DNA of 64,000 nt from Cyanobium sp. (GTDB taxonomy: Bacteria; Cyanobacteriota; Cyanobacteriia; PCC-6307; Cyanobiaceae). The stretch covers positions 18,219 through 82,218 of the forward strand of contig JBBARZ010000002.1 in NCBI GenBank assembly GCA_040399505.1, given 5' to 3'. Shown here piece after piece: positions 1 to 10,021 of this stretch; position 1 is the first letter of the stretch, and each line of letters starts with the position of its first letter. The translations under genes and the position numbers were made by a program. The notes below the pieces were generated by a model. It ran no database searches. It was not told the origin of the DNA and worked only from the letters and a program-made list of their open reading frames with translations.

Positions 1-103
1 GATGGGTGCTAAGCAAGGTCACGGCTTCCTGGAGGGGGGTCTCGCGACGGACGGAGAACACCGGGGAGGTCATCACCTCTGCGACAGGCCGTTCCACCAC
101 CAT
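1..103 (-). CDS. CBS domain protein (N-terminal part, runs off the window edge)
   Basis: Manual translation from ATG at 103: MVVERPVAEVMTSPVFSVRRETPLQEAVTLLSTH, a typical CBS-domain start (V.evMt.pv.sv..etpl.eA). Confidence 0.8.
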   Translation of the reverse strand, partial: MVVERPVAEVMTSPVFSVRRETPLQEAVTLLSTH

Positions 104-158
104 GGTGCTCCATGTCTTTGAAGGATCATTCTGAAGGGGCGCCGGAACGGCATGGCCC

Positions 159-707
159 ATGAACCTCCCCTCTCCTCCTGTTCGCCATTGGCCTCCAGGG
201 CGCCAGCTCGCCGATGGATTGACTGTGCTGAGGGGTTTTTTGGGCCTACCTCTCCTGTTGGCGCTCCAAGAGGGCTGGGGAGTCTTGGCCTGGGGGTTGT
301 TGCTGCTCGGGGGCCTCAGTGATGGGGCAGATGGCTGGCTCGCCCGCCGGAGTGGGGGGGGATCGGTGTGGGGAGCCCGGCTAGATCCCCTCACCGACAA
401 GCTTTTAGTGTGCGCCCCCTTGCTCTGGCTGGTCAGCCAGGGTCGGCTCCCCTTGGTGGCCGTGTGGCTGTTGCTGGCCAGGGAACTGCTGATCTCGGGC
501 TGGCGAGCTCAGCAGGGCTCCGGCGGGCCAGCCTCCTGGGCGGGAAAACTTAAAACCATTCTGCAGTTTGTCTCCCTTTTGCTGCTGCTCTGGCCCCCTT
601 CCTGGGTGGCCCCTACCGTTGCCTGGGCCTTGGGTTGGTGGTTGTTCTGGCTCAGTTTCATATTGGCGCTCACCTCAGCCTTCGGCTACCTCAACCTCCG
701 ACGTTGA
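159..707 (+). CDS. pgsA: CDP-alcohol phosphatidyltransferase (PgsA-like)
   Basis: DGADGWLAR...G..LDPLTDK signature; hydrophobic membrane protein. Confidence 0.8.
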   Translation: MNLPSPPVRHWPPGRQLADGLTVLRGFLGLPLLLALQEGWGVLAWGLLLLGGLSDGADGWLARRSGGGSVWGARLDPLTDKLLVCAPLLWLVSQGRLPLVAVWLLLARELLISGWRAQQGSGGPASWAGKLKTILQFVSLLLLLWPPSWVAPTVAWALGWWLFWLSFILALTSAFGYLNLRR

Positions 708-1754
708 CTTGGTCTCCGCCTCCCGGCTCCAGGCCCCAGGCTCGCTGCTGCGAAGCGTTTGGGCGGAGATGCCCCGCTCCTCCTGGAGGTAGCGGGCGAG
801 GGCATCCCCGTGGCCATGGGTGAGGAACACCTTCTGGGCTCTGGTGTCCTCGATGGTGCACACCAGGGACTGCCAATCCGCATGGTCACTGAGCACAAAG
901 CCCCGACCAAACCCTTTGCGTCGCTTCACACCCCGCACCGCCATCCAACCACTGGCAAAGGCCGTCTGCGCTCTGAGGAACCGCCCCATCCAGGGGGTTC
1001 TCAGGGCGGAAGGTGGAGCCAGGATCAATCGCCCGGCAAGGCTGTTCCCTCTGGGCAAGGCACTGAGGGGTCGGGTGGGCACCATGGCAATTCCCTCAGC
1101 TCGGTAGGGCTCCATCAAGAGTTGGATCGCGCCGTGCAGCAACACCTCGCTCTTCACCCCAAGGGCTTGGAGCTCGGCCAACAGGCGTTGCGCCTTGCCA
1201 AAGGCGTAGCAGCACAGCACGGAGGGCACAGCAGGGGCGCCCTGCCACCACTCCAGGATCTGGCGAGCCACCTCGGCCCCGGGTGCCCATCGGTAGAGGG
1301 GTAAACCAAAAGTGGCCTCGCTGATGAACACATCCGCATGGACGGGAGTGAAGGCGCTGCAACTTGGATCTAGATCCCTTTTGTAATCGCCACTGATCAG
1401 CCATCGCTCCCCTGCCGCCTCGATCAGGATCTGGGCCGAGCCCAGCACATGGCCTGCCGAATGAAAGGAGATGCGTGCCCCCCCTAGCTTCAGCTCGGCC
1501 CCATAAGGAAGACTAATAAGGGATATGTCGGCTCCAAGTCGTGTCCTTAGGACCCCCTCGCTGGGGGCAGTGGCCCAATAAGTCCCACTGCCGGGGCGCG
1601 CATGGTCGGCGTGCGCATGGGTGATCAGGGCTTGGGGAACCGGCCGCCAGGGATCGATCCAAGCGCCTGCCGGCACACAGTAAAGGCCTTCGGGAGTCAG
1701 CCGAAGCGGTCCATCCGCCGGTAACGCTGTGGAAGAAGGAGTGGGCTCAGGCAC
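675..1754 (-). CDS. Ligase-associated DNA damage response exonuclease (metallo-beta-lactamase/beta-CASP fold)
   Basis: [36 protein letters not shown] motifs. Confidence 0.9.
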   Translation of the reverse strand: MPEPTPSSTALPADGPLRLTPEGLYCVPAGAWIDPWRPVPQALITHAHADHARPGSGTYWATAPSEGVLRTRLGADISLISLPYGAELKLGGARISFHSAGHVLGSAQILIEAAGERWLISGDYKRDLDPSCSAFTPVHADVFISEATFGLPLYRWAPGAEVARQILEWWQGAPAVPSVLCCYAFGKAQRLLAELQALGVKSEVLLHGAIQLLMEPYRAEGIAMVPTRPLSALPRGNSLAGRLILAPPSALRTPWMGRFLRAQTAFASGWMAVRGVKRRKGFGRGFVLSDHADWQSLVCTIEDTRAQKVFLTHGHGDALARYLQEERGISAQTLRSSEPGAWSREAETKSTSEVEVAEG

Positions 1755-2733
1755 TCATCAATAACATGCGCTCTATTGGCACCAGGGCTTGCTGGCGGAG
1801 CTCCTCATCCAGTTCGATCCTGGGTTCTAAATCCTCCAGGCATCGCCACAGTTTTTCTAAAGTATTCAAGCGCATGTAGGGGCACATGTTGCAAGCACAG
1901 CCATCCACCCCCGGAACGGGATAGAAGGTTTTTCCAGGAACCTTCTTTTCCATCTGGTGCAGAATTCCCGGTTCGGTGAGAACGAGGAACGCTGCAGATG
2001 GGCTGGTCTGGGCCCTCTGGAGAAGACGACTGGTGGAGCCAATGAAATCCGCCAGGTCGAGCAAGTGGGGCTGGCATTCCGGATGGGCGATCACCTCCGC
2101 CTCCGGATGCTCCAGCTTCAAGCGCAGCAGGGCCTCCTCACTGAAGGTTTCGTGCACGATGCAACTGCCTGGCCAGAGCGTTAGGTCGCGGCCGCTGTTG
2201 CGGGCCACCCATCGGCCGAGATTTTCATCCGGTGCAAAGAGGATCGGGCGATCCGGCGGCAGTTGCTGCACCAGTTGGACCGCGTTGCTGCTGGTACAGA
2301 TCAGATCGCTCTGGGCTTTCACTGCTGCAGAACAGTTGATGTAGCTGACAACAAAATGATCGGGATGCTTGGCGCGGAATTCGGCAAACCCTTCGGCTGG
2401 GCAGGCGTCGGCCAGGCTGCATCCAGCGGCCAGATCGGGGAGCACCACAATTTTTCCCGGATTGAGAATCTTGGCGGTTTCGGCCATGAAATGCACGCCG
2501 CAAAAGGCAATCACCTCTGCATCCGTTCGGGCTGCCTGGCGGGAAAGCTCCAGGGAATCCCCAATCACGTCCGCCACATCTTGAATCGCGGCATCCTGGT
2601 AGTAATGGGCCAGGATGATGGCATTGCGTTTCCGCTTCAGTTCCGCAATAGCCGCAGGAAGATGTGCCACCGGAGGACTGCTCTTCCCTAACACCAAGGA
2701 TTCCACTGCAGGAGATTGAGGATGATCCACCAC
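1747..2733 (-). CDS. nadA: Quinolinate synthase
   Basis: [41 protein letters not shown] motifs; start approximate. Confidence 0.95.
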   Translation of the reverse strand: MVDHPQSPAVESLVLGKSSPPVAHLPAAIAELKRKRNAIILAHYYQDAAIQDVADVIGDSLELSRQAARTDAEVIAFCGVHFMAETAKILNPGKIVVLPDLAAGCSLADACPAEGFAEFRAKHPDHFVVSYINCSAAVKAQSDLICTSSNAVQLVQQLPPDRPILFAPDENLGRWVARNSGRDLTLWPGSCIVHETFSEEALLRLKLEHPEAEVIAHPECQPHLLDLADFIGSTSRLLQRAQTSPSAAFLVLTEPGILHQMEKKVPGKTFYPVPGVDGCACNMCPYMRLNTLEKLWRCLEDLEPRIELDEELRQQALVPIERMLLMSA

Positions 2734-2785
2734 TCCACCCTGGCGATGGCTTCCATCCATGGGACAAACCCGTCCTGACAACTGC

Positions 2786-3679
2786 ATGGGATCAAGCCTA
2801 GTGGGGAAAGACAGACCCCCTCAGGGAGGGAGACTCCAGGTGGCCATTGCCGGAGATCTGCATGATCAATGGGACCATTCCGATGAGGAACTGCTCCTGG
2901 CCTTGGCGCCGGATGGTTTGCTCGTGGTGGGGGATCTCAGCAATGGCAAAGGCCGGATTCCCCGCTCCCTGGCCAGGTTGCCTCTCCCCCTGGCCTGTGT
3001 TCTTGGCAACCACGATTCAGGTCATGACTCCACGGGGGAGTCGCTTCAGCGGCAGCTCGCCCTGCTTGGGGAGAGGCACTGCGGCTGGGGCTTGCGGGAA
3101 CTCAGGCCTCCCGGACTCGCTGTGGTGGGGGGCAGACCCTGCACATCAGGGGGGGGGTACCACCTGTCCAAGGCCATGCAGGCTGTCTATGGCCCGGTAG
3201 CGCTGGAGGAGTCGGTGGAGCGCATCTGTGGGGCAGCTCTGAGGGCGGATCCATCACTGCCCTTGGTGCTTCTGGCCCACTCTGGGCCTTCGGGTCTGGG
3301 AAGCCAGGCCAAGGACCCCTGCGGACGGGATTGGAAGCAACCTGCCTGTGACTGGGGGGATCAGGATCTCGCCCTGGCCATTGCGCGCATCCGCCGTGAG
3401 CGCCCCGTGCCCTTGGTGGTCTTTGGGCACATGCATCACCAGCTCAGGCGGGGGGGCGGAGAGCGGGTCAGCTTCTGCCGGGACCGCCAGGGAACCATGT
3501 ATCTCAATACGGCCTCCGTCCCCCGCCATGGGGTGGATCTGCAGGGAAGGGCTTTGCGCCACTTGAGCTGGGTGCAGCTTGAGGCCCATGGAGAGATCGG
3601 AAGGGTTTCCCACCGCTGGTACGGTTTGGACGGAACGCTTCTTTATGAGCAGCAGCTCTGGCCCATGCCCAGGCCCTGA
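2786..3679 (+). CDS. TIGR04168-family metallophosphoesterase (DevT-like)
   Basis: Calcineurin-like motifs GDLH, VGD, LGNHD, AHSGP, FGHMH; start approximate. Confidence 0.85.
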   Translation: MGSSLVGKDRPPQGGRLQVAIAGDLHDQWDHSDEELLLALAPDGLLVVGDLSNGKGRIPRSLARLPLPLACVLGNHDSGHDSTGESLQRQLALLGERHCGWGLRELRPPGLAVVGGRPCTSGGGYHLSKAMQAVYGPVALEESVERICGAALRADPSLPLVLLAHSGPSGLGSQAKDPCGRDWKQPACDWGDQDLALAIARIRRERPVPLVVFGHMHHQLRRGGGERVSFCRDRQGTMYLNTASVPRHGVDLQGRALRHLSWVQLEAHGEIGRVSHRWYGLDGTLLYEQQLWPMPRP

Positions 3680-3688
3680 GAATTGCCC

Positions 3689-4753
3689 ATGTTGGTCTAC
3701 GCCTGCATCAGCAGCCACGGGTATGGCCATGCCTCCCGCACCGCTTCTGTTCTCAGTGAGCTTGCCCAACAGGTTCCGGAATGCCGGCTGGTGATCTCCA
3801 CGGCCGTCGACCCTGCGTTCCTGAAGCTCGTGATGGGACACACCCCCTTTGAGCTCAGGTCCTGTCGCTGGGACATCGGCATGTTGCAGGCCAATGCACT
3901 AGATCTGGACTTGAAAGGCACCTTGAATGCCCTGGAGGCGCTGGAGGCCGAATTGCCAGCCCAGGTGGAAGCAGAGGCTTGCTGGCTCGCCGAGCAGCCA
4001 TCGCAGCCCCTGATCCTGGCGGATGTGCCCCCTAGTGCAGCCCTGCTGGCGAAGCGCCTGGTTTGTCCCCTGATCTGGTTGGGGAATTTTGGTTGGGATG
4101 CCATCTACCGCCCACTTGGTGGCCCCTTTGTCCCCTGGGCAGATTTGGCGCGAGAACGCTACGGGGAGGGGGACCTGCTGCTGCGTTGCCCCCTCTCGCT
4201 GCCTATGGAGTGGGGGATCTCCAGCGTGGATGTGGGCTTTACCAGTTCCACCCCCCGGGTAGACCCTGGTCTCGTAGCCCAGCGCCTGGATCTGCCCTTG
4301 GATCGGGAGCGCTGCGTGCTGATCAGTTTCGGTGGGCTGGGCATGGCGATGGACCCCAACTGGCTATGCCTCTGGCCCCACCACGTGTTTGTGGGCGTTG
4401 ATCCAGTCCTGCTGGAATCTGGGAATGGCCGCTTGCTGCCACCTGATCTCCGTCCCCTTGATGTGATGCCCTTGACCGCACGGATGATCACCAAGCCGGG
4501 CTACAGCAGTTTTTGCGAGGCGTTTCAACAGGGTGTGGGGCTCCATGTGGTTCGGCGCCAAGGATTCGCGGAGGCTCCCGTGCTGGAGCTGGGCTTGAAA
4601 GAAGAGGGTTGGCACCGATTTTTGGAGGAGGAGGCCTTTCGTAGAGGTGCCTGGGAGTTGGACGAACCGCTGGTCGCCCCGCGGGCCCCGCGCGTGAACC
4701 CGGATGGCAGCCGTCAGGCAGCGGAACTTCTTTGTCGGCAGTTGCGAAGATGA
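3689..4753 (+). CDS. GT-B fold glycosyltransferase-like protein
   Basis: ISSHGYGHASR N-terminal loop, NFGWD, SFGGLG, ITKPGYSS, R.GFAEA motifs. Confidence 0.7.
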   Translation: MLVYACISSHGYGHASRTASVLSELAQQVPECRLVISTAVDPAFLKLVMGHTPFELRSCRWDIGMLQANALDLDLKGTLNALEALEAELPAQVEAEACWLAEQPSQPLILADVPPSAALLAKRLVCPLIWLGNFGWDAIYRPLGGPFVPWADLARERYGEGDLLLRCPLSLPMEWGISSVDVGFTSSTPRVDPGLVAQRLDLPLDRERCVLISFGGLGMAMDPNWLCLWPHHVFVGVDPVLLESGNGRLLPPDLRPLDVMPLTARMITKPGYSSFCEAFQQGVGLHVVRRQGFAEAPVLELGLKEEGWHRFLEEEAFRRGAWELDEPLVAPRAPRVNPDGSRQAAELLCRQLRR

Positions 4754-4951
4754 TCAGCAAATCCAATCGTTGAGGGAAGATGTCATTTCACAACGTGTTC
4801 AAAACCAACCTTTGACCCTAATAGGGAAAGGGGTCTTTGGCCAAAATGCTGGTCTCTCCAGGGAATGGACGGTTGCCTGAGCGTCACCCGATACATCGAC
4901 ACCCAAGGCTGGCCTAGGCAAATTATCGCGGAGTTTCTAAACCTTTTCCCA

Positions 4952-5033
4952 GATATCTGAGGAATTTTTCCTCACATCCATCTGATCACCTCCATCCCCT
5001 ATTGGTTCAGGTTTTCAGTCTTCCTCAGATATC
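4952..5033. repeat. Perfect 13-bp inverted repeat (GATATCTGAGGAA / TTCCTCAGATATC) with 56-bp spacer
   Basis: Arms at 4952-4964 and 5021-5033 read directly from the sequence. Confidence 0.9.
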
Positions 5034-5077
5034 CCGTATCCATCCAGTGATGCGAACTGTCCTCTGCCTGTACTCCA

Positions 5078-5821
5078 TTGTTCAGCTCCCGACGACTTCC
5101 ACTGGTCTTTCTCTGTCTTGGTTTGGGTTTTTTGGGGGCTGCTCCCGCTCAGGCCACAGATTCTGCTGATGCCTGGGATGAGGTTTTGACCCCCTCCAGC
5201 CAACCTCGCGGACTGGCCTATCTCCCCGCTCCCCCCGCACTTCCTGCTTCCTTTGCCATCACCCCTGAGCGCCGGGCTCTGCTCAACACCATCAGATATG
5301 CGGAAGGAACCTGGGCCAACGGCGAGGATGTGGGTTACCGCATCATGTTTGGTGGCAGACTCATGCCCACCCTCGATCGACATCCTGATCGAGTGATGTA
5401 TTCCTCCCGCTATGCCAGCGCTGCTGCCGGGGCTTACCAGTTCATGCCCTTCACCTGGAACATGGTGACAAGAAAACTTGGCTTAACTGGGTTTGGACCT
5501 GACTCTCAGGACCAAGGAGCTTTGTACCTGATTCAACGTCGAGGTGCCCTTCATCTCGCCGACCGAGGAGAATTGACGGCAGAACTCGCCGCCCGACTCG
5601 CTCCGGAGTGGGCTTCTTTCCCCACCTTGGCTGGCAGCAGCTACTACGGCCAACCCGTGAAGCGTTTTGATGATCTCAGGCGTTTTTATGAGGACAACCT
5701 CACTCGACTGCGCCAGCTATCGCAACAACATTGGGAACGTGTGGCGATCCAACAGGTGAACAGTTGCAAGGGAGACAGCTTGGACTGCCAATTGGAATCC
5801 ATGACTCAGCCCCAACCCTGA
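5078..5821 (+). CDS. Secreted lambda-type lysozyme / muramidase (GH104-like)
   Basis: Signal peptide (..AAPAQA); ALLNTIRYAEGT, SAAAGAYQF, F.P.SQD..A, LAPEWASFP....YYGQP motifs. Confidence 0.85.
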   Translation: MFSSRRLPLVFLCLGLGFLGAAPAQATDSADAWDEVLTPSSQPRGLAYLPAPPALPASFAITPERRALLNTIRYAEGTWANGEDVGYRIMFGGRLMPTLDRHPDRVMYSSRYASAAAGAYQFMPFTWNMVTRKLGLTGFGPDSQDQGALYLIQRRGALHLADRGELTAELAARLAPEWASFPTLAGSSYYGQPVKRFDDLRRFYEDNLTRLRQLSQQHWERVAIQQVNSCKGDSLDCQLESMTQPQP

Positions 5822-5832
5822 TCATCCCTCTT

Positions 5833-6669
5833 TCAAGGTTCGTCCTTCTGCAACCGCTCTCTACCCAGGGTTGCTTGGGCAATCAGGTAAGCAGCCACAG
5901 CAGCGGCTCCAAAGCCTAATCCGTTGCGGATTAGGGGAAGTGCATCATTTGTGCGGGTGATGATGGGAGCCACCCCGAAGATTCCAAAAAGGATGATCCA
6001 AAGGGGTGAAAGTAACAGAATCCAAAGCCACTCGATCCTGCGCCCTGTCTGTCGCGGGAAAGCAGCAAAACCAACGATTAACCCCCCAAGAATCGATGTG
6101 CACAGAGTGAGCAGCCATTGCTCCTGGGGGAGTCCAGGCACCACCTGACACCCCCCAATGACTAGACAGCCCTTCACGGCATGGAGGGCATCCAAGACGG
6201 CTCCGTCCCGACCGTTCTCACGGACGTAGTACTGATTGCCATACCTGGTCTGTAGTTCAACCCAGAACGTTCTTGGCATCAGGGAAAACAGGGCATCACC
6301 CACATTGAAATTCAGCAGATTTCCCCCCCGTTCATCAGCCACCAACAGCAAGCTTCGTTCATCAAGATTCCAGAAATCTTTCACAGCCAGCCCAGGTGTC
6401 CGGTCATATTGCGTCAGAACCCGCAATTTCCAGCCGCTTGTGGCGGCGAAATCCTCCAATTCAGCCTCAAGGGCACGGCGCTGTCCATCGGTGAGGATGC
6501 GCGCCAGATCGATCACAGGAGTTGGGTGGTCGGGCAAAAGATCCGGATTGTCATCTGCAAACGCTGGTGACATCCAGGCGGGATTCCAAACCAGGAGCAT
6601 CGCCAAGAGGATGGCAAGCCCACTTGATCGGATCGACCGACTCAATTGCGCACCAGCTGAACTTCCCAT
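5833..6669 (-). CDS. TPM domain-containing membrane protein
   Basis: TPVIDLA.IL, GWKLRVLTQYDRTPG, FWVELQTRYGN, GC.VVPGLP.EQW motifs; C-terminal TM helices; start moved to ATG 6669. Confidence 0.8.
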   Translation of the reverse strand: MGSSAGAQLSRSIRSSGLAILLAMLLVWNPAWMSPAFADDNPDLLPDHPTPVIDLARILTDGQRRALEAELEDFAATSGWKLRVLTQYDRTPGLAVKDFWNLDERSLLLVADERGGNLLNFNVGDALFSLMPRTFWVELQTRYGNQYYVRENGRDGAVLDALHAVKGCLVIGGCQVVPGLPQEQWLLTLCTSILGGLIVGFAAFPRQTGRRIEWLWILLLSPLWIILFGIFGVAPIITRTNDALPLIRNGLGFGAAAVAAYLIAQATLGRERLQKDEP

Positions 6670-6711
6670 GAAAGACCTCTTTCTACAAAGCACTCCCAGG
6701 CATTCTCTCTG

Positions 6712-7890
6712 ATGTATGGCACCGTGCCGGAGTGGCTGATGGACCGCCTGAAGGGCGCCGGTGGAAAGGTGCCCTTTCGCACCTACATGGAATGGGTGCT
6801 CCACGATCCCAAGCATGGCTTTTACGGAAGCGGTCGAGCGCGCATTGGTCCTAGAGGGGATTTCGCTACCTCCCCTTCCCTGGGGGGGGAATTTGCGGAT
6901 CTACTGCTCTCCCAGCTGATCGAGTGGTTGGAGCAGATCCCGTCGGAGCGCCTCAGCCTCCTGGAGGCCGGACCTGGGGAGGGCCAACTGATCCAGCAGG
7001 TGGTGCGAGGGTTGGTCCGTCAGCGACCCGATCTCGCAGTTCGCACGGAGATCGTTCTCCTCGAACCCAATCCGGGCATGGTGGATCTCCAGCACACGCA
7101 GCTGGAGGGATCTCCCCTTCCAGTGCGTTGGTCCAACTGGGAGGAGCTTCGACACAATCCCCTCCAAGGGGTGGTTATCGCCCATGAGGTGCTGGACGCC
7201 TTGGCCGTGGATCGGGTGCTCTGGGATGGCCAGCAGTGGCGAGAGCAGATGGTGAACCTGGGCGATCACCAACTTGCCCTGGTGGCTGGAGAGATTCTGC
7301 AGCCAGCAGAACAGGATCGGATGGAGCACTTTGTCCCGTCCTCCAAGGATTTGGCCCCCGGTTGGTGCACGGAAGTGCACTCGGGACTGGCGCCCTGGTT
7401 TGAGGCCTGTGCCGGCGCGATCCAGGAAGGAATCCTGCTGGTGATCGACTACGCCCTAGAAGCCTCTCGTTATTACTCCCCATCTCGTCGTGATGGCACC
7501 CTAATGGCCTATCGCCAACAGCAGGCCTGCGCCGATCCGTTCCTGGCTCCCGGGGAATGGGATCTGACGGCCCACGTGTGCGTAGAGGCCGCCCAACAGG
7601 CCGCCGTCTCAGCCGGTTGGCAATGCCTGGGGGATCGGCGTCAGGGGGAGGCGCTTCTGGCCCTGGGCTTGGCCCACCGTTTGTCTGCCTTGGGGCAATC
7701 TCCCCCAGCCAACCTTGCGGTGGTGTTGGGGCAGAGAGAGCAGCTGCTCCGCCTGGTGGATCCTCGGGCCATGGGTGATTTTCGTTGGTTGGTCTTTGGG
7801 CGGTCTGACCGGGGCACGTCGGCGCCGGCTCTGCAGAGCCGATGCCTTCTGGATCCACCTCCTTTAGAGAATCACATGCCAACCTTCTAA
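6712..7890 (+). CDS. SAM-dependent methyltransferase, MidA/NDUFAF7 family
   Basis: F..YMEW.L.DP..G.Y, GDF.TSP, EAGPGEG, HEVLDA, IDYA, DLTAHV motifs. Confidence 0.88.
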   Translation: MYGTVPEWLMDRLKGAGGKVPFRTYMEWVLHDPKHGFYGSGRARIGPRGDFATSPSLGGEFADLLLSQLIEWLEQIPSERLSLLEAGPGEGQLIQQVVRGLVRQRPDLAVRTEIVLLEPNPGMVDLQHTQLEGSPLPVRWSNWEELRHNPLQGVVIAHEVLDALAVDRVLWDGQQWREQMVNLGDHQLALVAGEILQPAEQDRMEHFVPSSKDLAPGWCTEVHSGLAPWFEACAGAIQEGILLVIDYALEASRYYSPSRRDGTLMAYRQQQACADPFLAPGEWDLTAHVCVEAAQQAAVSAGWQCLGDRRQGEALLALGLAHRLSALGQSPPANLAVVLGQREQLLRLVDPRAMGDFRWLVFGRSDRGTSAPALQSRCLLDPPPLENHMPTF

Positions 7891-7903
7891 GGGGGCGCTC
7901 ACA

Positions 7904-9061
7904 TCACGGGGCCAGTTGATGAATGCGTAAGGTCTCCAAAATGGTGCCTTCGTCCACATCATCCCGAATCACCACCTGGCCAATGGCAGTGGGCAACACA
8001 AAGCGCACCAGTCCCTGGCGCACTTTCTTGTCACTCTGGAGGGTATGCAGAATGGCCTCCGGATCAAGCGGCGGCACCTGAAGCGGCAATCCGGCGGCGG
8101 CCACCAGATCCCTCTGGCGCCCCTCCGCATCCGCATCCCAAAGGTTCATGCGGCGGGCGATCGTGCCGGCCATCACCATCCCCAGCCCCACAGCTTCCCC
8201 ATGGAGGAAGTTGGTGTAGCCCGTGAGGGTCTCCACTACATGGCCCAGGGTGTGGCCGTAGTTGAGCACCGCTCGGAGCCCGCCCTCCCGTTCATCGGCG
8301 GCAACCACCAGGGCCTTGGCTGCGGCGGATCGCTCCAGGACCTCCTGCAGCAATGGGGAGCCCACCGCGGCAAGGGACGCCAGCCCACCCTTGGGATCCT
8401 GCCGGGCCTGAGCCTCCAGGGCTTCAAAGAGGGTTCTATCTCCAATCACCCCGTACTTGATCACTTCGGCCATGCCCGCCCGAAATTCCCGTTCCGGAAG
8501 GGTGCCCAAAACCTCGGGATCGATCAGCACCGCTTTCGGCTGGTGAAAGGCTCCGATCAGATTCTTCCCCCCCGGATGGTTCACCCCGGTCTTGCCGCCG
8601 ATGGCCGCATCCACCATGGCCAGGAGGGTCGTGGGAACCTGCACCACGGCTATGCCTCGAAGCCAGGTGGCCGCTGCAAAGCCCACCATGTCGCCCACGA
8701 CCCCACCTCCCAGGGCCACCATCAGGGAACTGCGCTCGAGGCGGTTCTGATGGGCGGCGTCATAGATGCTGGACACGGTGGCGAGGGTTTTCTGTTCCTC
8801 TCCGGCTTCGAGCACCAGGGAATTCACTTCCAGGCCGGCCTCCACCAGGCTGTGTGCTGCCCTTTGGCCATAGTGCTCAAAGACCACAGGATTGCTCACG
8901 AGCAATACCCTGCTGCCAGGCCGCACAGCATGGGTGATGACCCATTGCCCCAGACGCCGCAGCCCCCCGGCCTGGATCACAATGGGATAGGGATCGTGGG
9001 GGAGTGCCACCTGCAGAACCCTCTCTGTGGAACTGGCAAAGGCTTGGGCTTGGGGGCACAT
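7904..9061 (-). CDS. aroB: 3-dehydroquinate synthase
   Basis: [40 protein letters not shown] motifs. Confidence 0.97.
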   Translation of the reverse strand: MCPQAQAFASSTERVLQVALPHDPYPIVIQAGGLRRLGQWVITHAVRPGSRVLLVSNPVVFEHYGQRAAHSLVEAGLEVNSLVLEAGEEQKTLATVSSIYDAAHQNRLERSSLMVALGGGVVGDMVGFAAATWLRGIAVVQVPTTLLAMVDAAIGGKTGVNHPGGKNLIGAFHQPKAVLIDPEVLGTLPEREFRAGMAEVIKYGVIGDRTLFEALEAQARQDPKGGLASLAAVGSPLLQEVLERSAAAKALVVAADEREGGLRAVLNYGHTLGHVVETLTGYTNFLHGEAVGLGMVMAGTIARRMNLWDADAEGRQRDLVAAAGLPLQVPPLDPEAILHTLQSDKKVRQGLVRFVLPTAIGQVVIRDDVDEGTILETLRIHQLAP

Positions 9062-9085
9062 GGGAGAACTGCGTAGGCTCAGGCA

Positions 9086-10012
9086 ATGGCCCCATTCTCT
9101 GCTGCCAATCCAGCGCCGGATCGCACTGTGGGAGCACCGTCATCTGACCGGGTGGTGCCGTGGTTGTTTCTGGCTCCCGCCCTCGCCCTGCTGCTGCTTT
9201 CGGTGCTGATCCCCGCAGCCATGGCCCTCCTGCTCAGCTTCACCACCAGCGGGTTGGATGTGGATGCTCCACTTCAATTCATCGGGCTGGCCAACCTTCT
9301 CCGCCTCTTGAGCGATCCCATGATGGGGCGGGTGACGCTCACCACCTTCCTCTACTTATTGGGTGTGGTGCCCCCCATTGTGCTGGGATCCCTGGCGCTG
9401 GCTGTACTCGTGAATCGCCGGCTGCCTGGCATCCACCTGCTCAGGGCCGCTTACTACACGCCAGTGTTGGTGTCTCTTGTGGTGGCAGCCATTGCGTTTC
9501 GTTGGCTCTACGCGGAGAACGGCCTGATCAATGGATGGCTCAAGGTACTTCTTGGGGGTTCGTTCACCCCGATCGGCTTCCTCACCTCTCCAGTTTTGGC
9601 CCTGCCATCGGTGATGTTGGTTACTTTTTGGAAAGGTTTGGGGTATTACATGGTGATCTTTCTCGCTGGGCTGCAAGGAATCCCTGCCGAGCTTTACGAG
9701 GCGGCTGCCCTCGATGGCTGTGAGGGCTGGAGTCGGCATCGCCATGTCACCCTGCCACTCCTGATGCCCTATGTGTCGCTTGTGGCCGTCATCTCTGCCC
9801 TGGGGGCCACGAAAGTGTTTGAGGAAGTGTTCCTCATGACTCAGGGGGGGCCGGCCGACTCCACCCGCACCCTGGTGTATTACGTCTATGACCAGGCTTT
9901 TGGAGAACTCGAAATCAGCTACGCCTGCACTGTGGGGTTGGCTCTTTTCCTCATTGTCCTCCTGCTCAGTCTGCTCCGTTCGCTGGTCGCCGGTGATCGT
10001 CCAATGGCCTAG
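9086..10012 (+). CDS. Carbohydrate ABC transporter permease
   Basis: EAA loop [19 protein letters not shown]; about 6 TM segments; MTQGGP motif. Confidence 0.9.
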   Translation: MAPFSAANPAPDRTVGAPSSDRVVPWLFLAPALALLLLSVLIPAAMALLLSFTTSGLDVDAPLQFIGLANLLRLLSDPMMGRVTLTTFLYLLGVVPPIVLGSLALAVLVNRRLPGIHLLRAAYYTPVLVSLVVAAIAFRWLYAENGLINGWLKVLLGGSFTPIGFLTSPVLALPSVMLVTFWKGLGYYMVIFLAGLQGIPAELYEAAALDGCEGWSRHRHVTLPLLMPYVSLVAVISALGATKVFEEVFLMTQGGPADSTRTLVYYVYDQAFGELEISYACTVGLALFLIVLLLSLLRSLVAGDRPMA

Positions 10013-10021
10013 GGCCATGCG

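Noticed and set aside
4846-4917. 23-codon ORF MLVSPGNGRLPERHPIHRHPRLA in the intergenic gap
   Set aside because: No RBS, TM segment or motif; consistent with chance
4754-5077. c-di-AMP (ydaO) riboswitch upstream of the lysozyme
   Set aside because: Conserved GCTGAA...GGAACGGGG-type core motifs not seen; only the inverted repeats are supported
8045-9076. 343-aa ORF antisense to aroB; similar long shadow ORFs at 13194-14705, 20762-21784, 25819-26814, 41032-41901 and 59486-60718
   Set aside because: They lie opposite well-supported or better-fitting genes, show no recognisable motifs, and are expected in high-GC DNA
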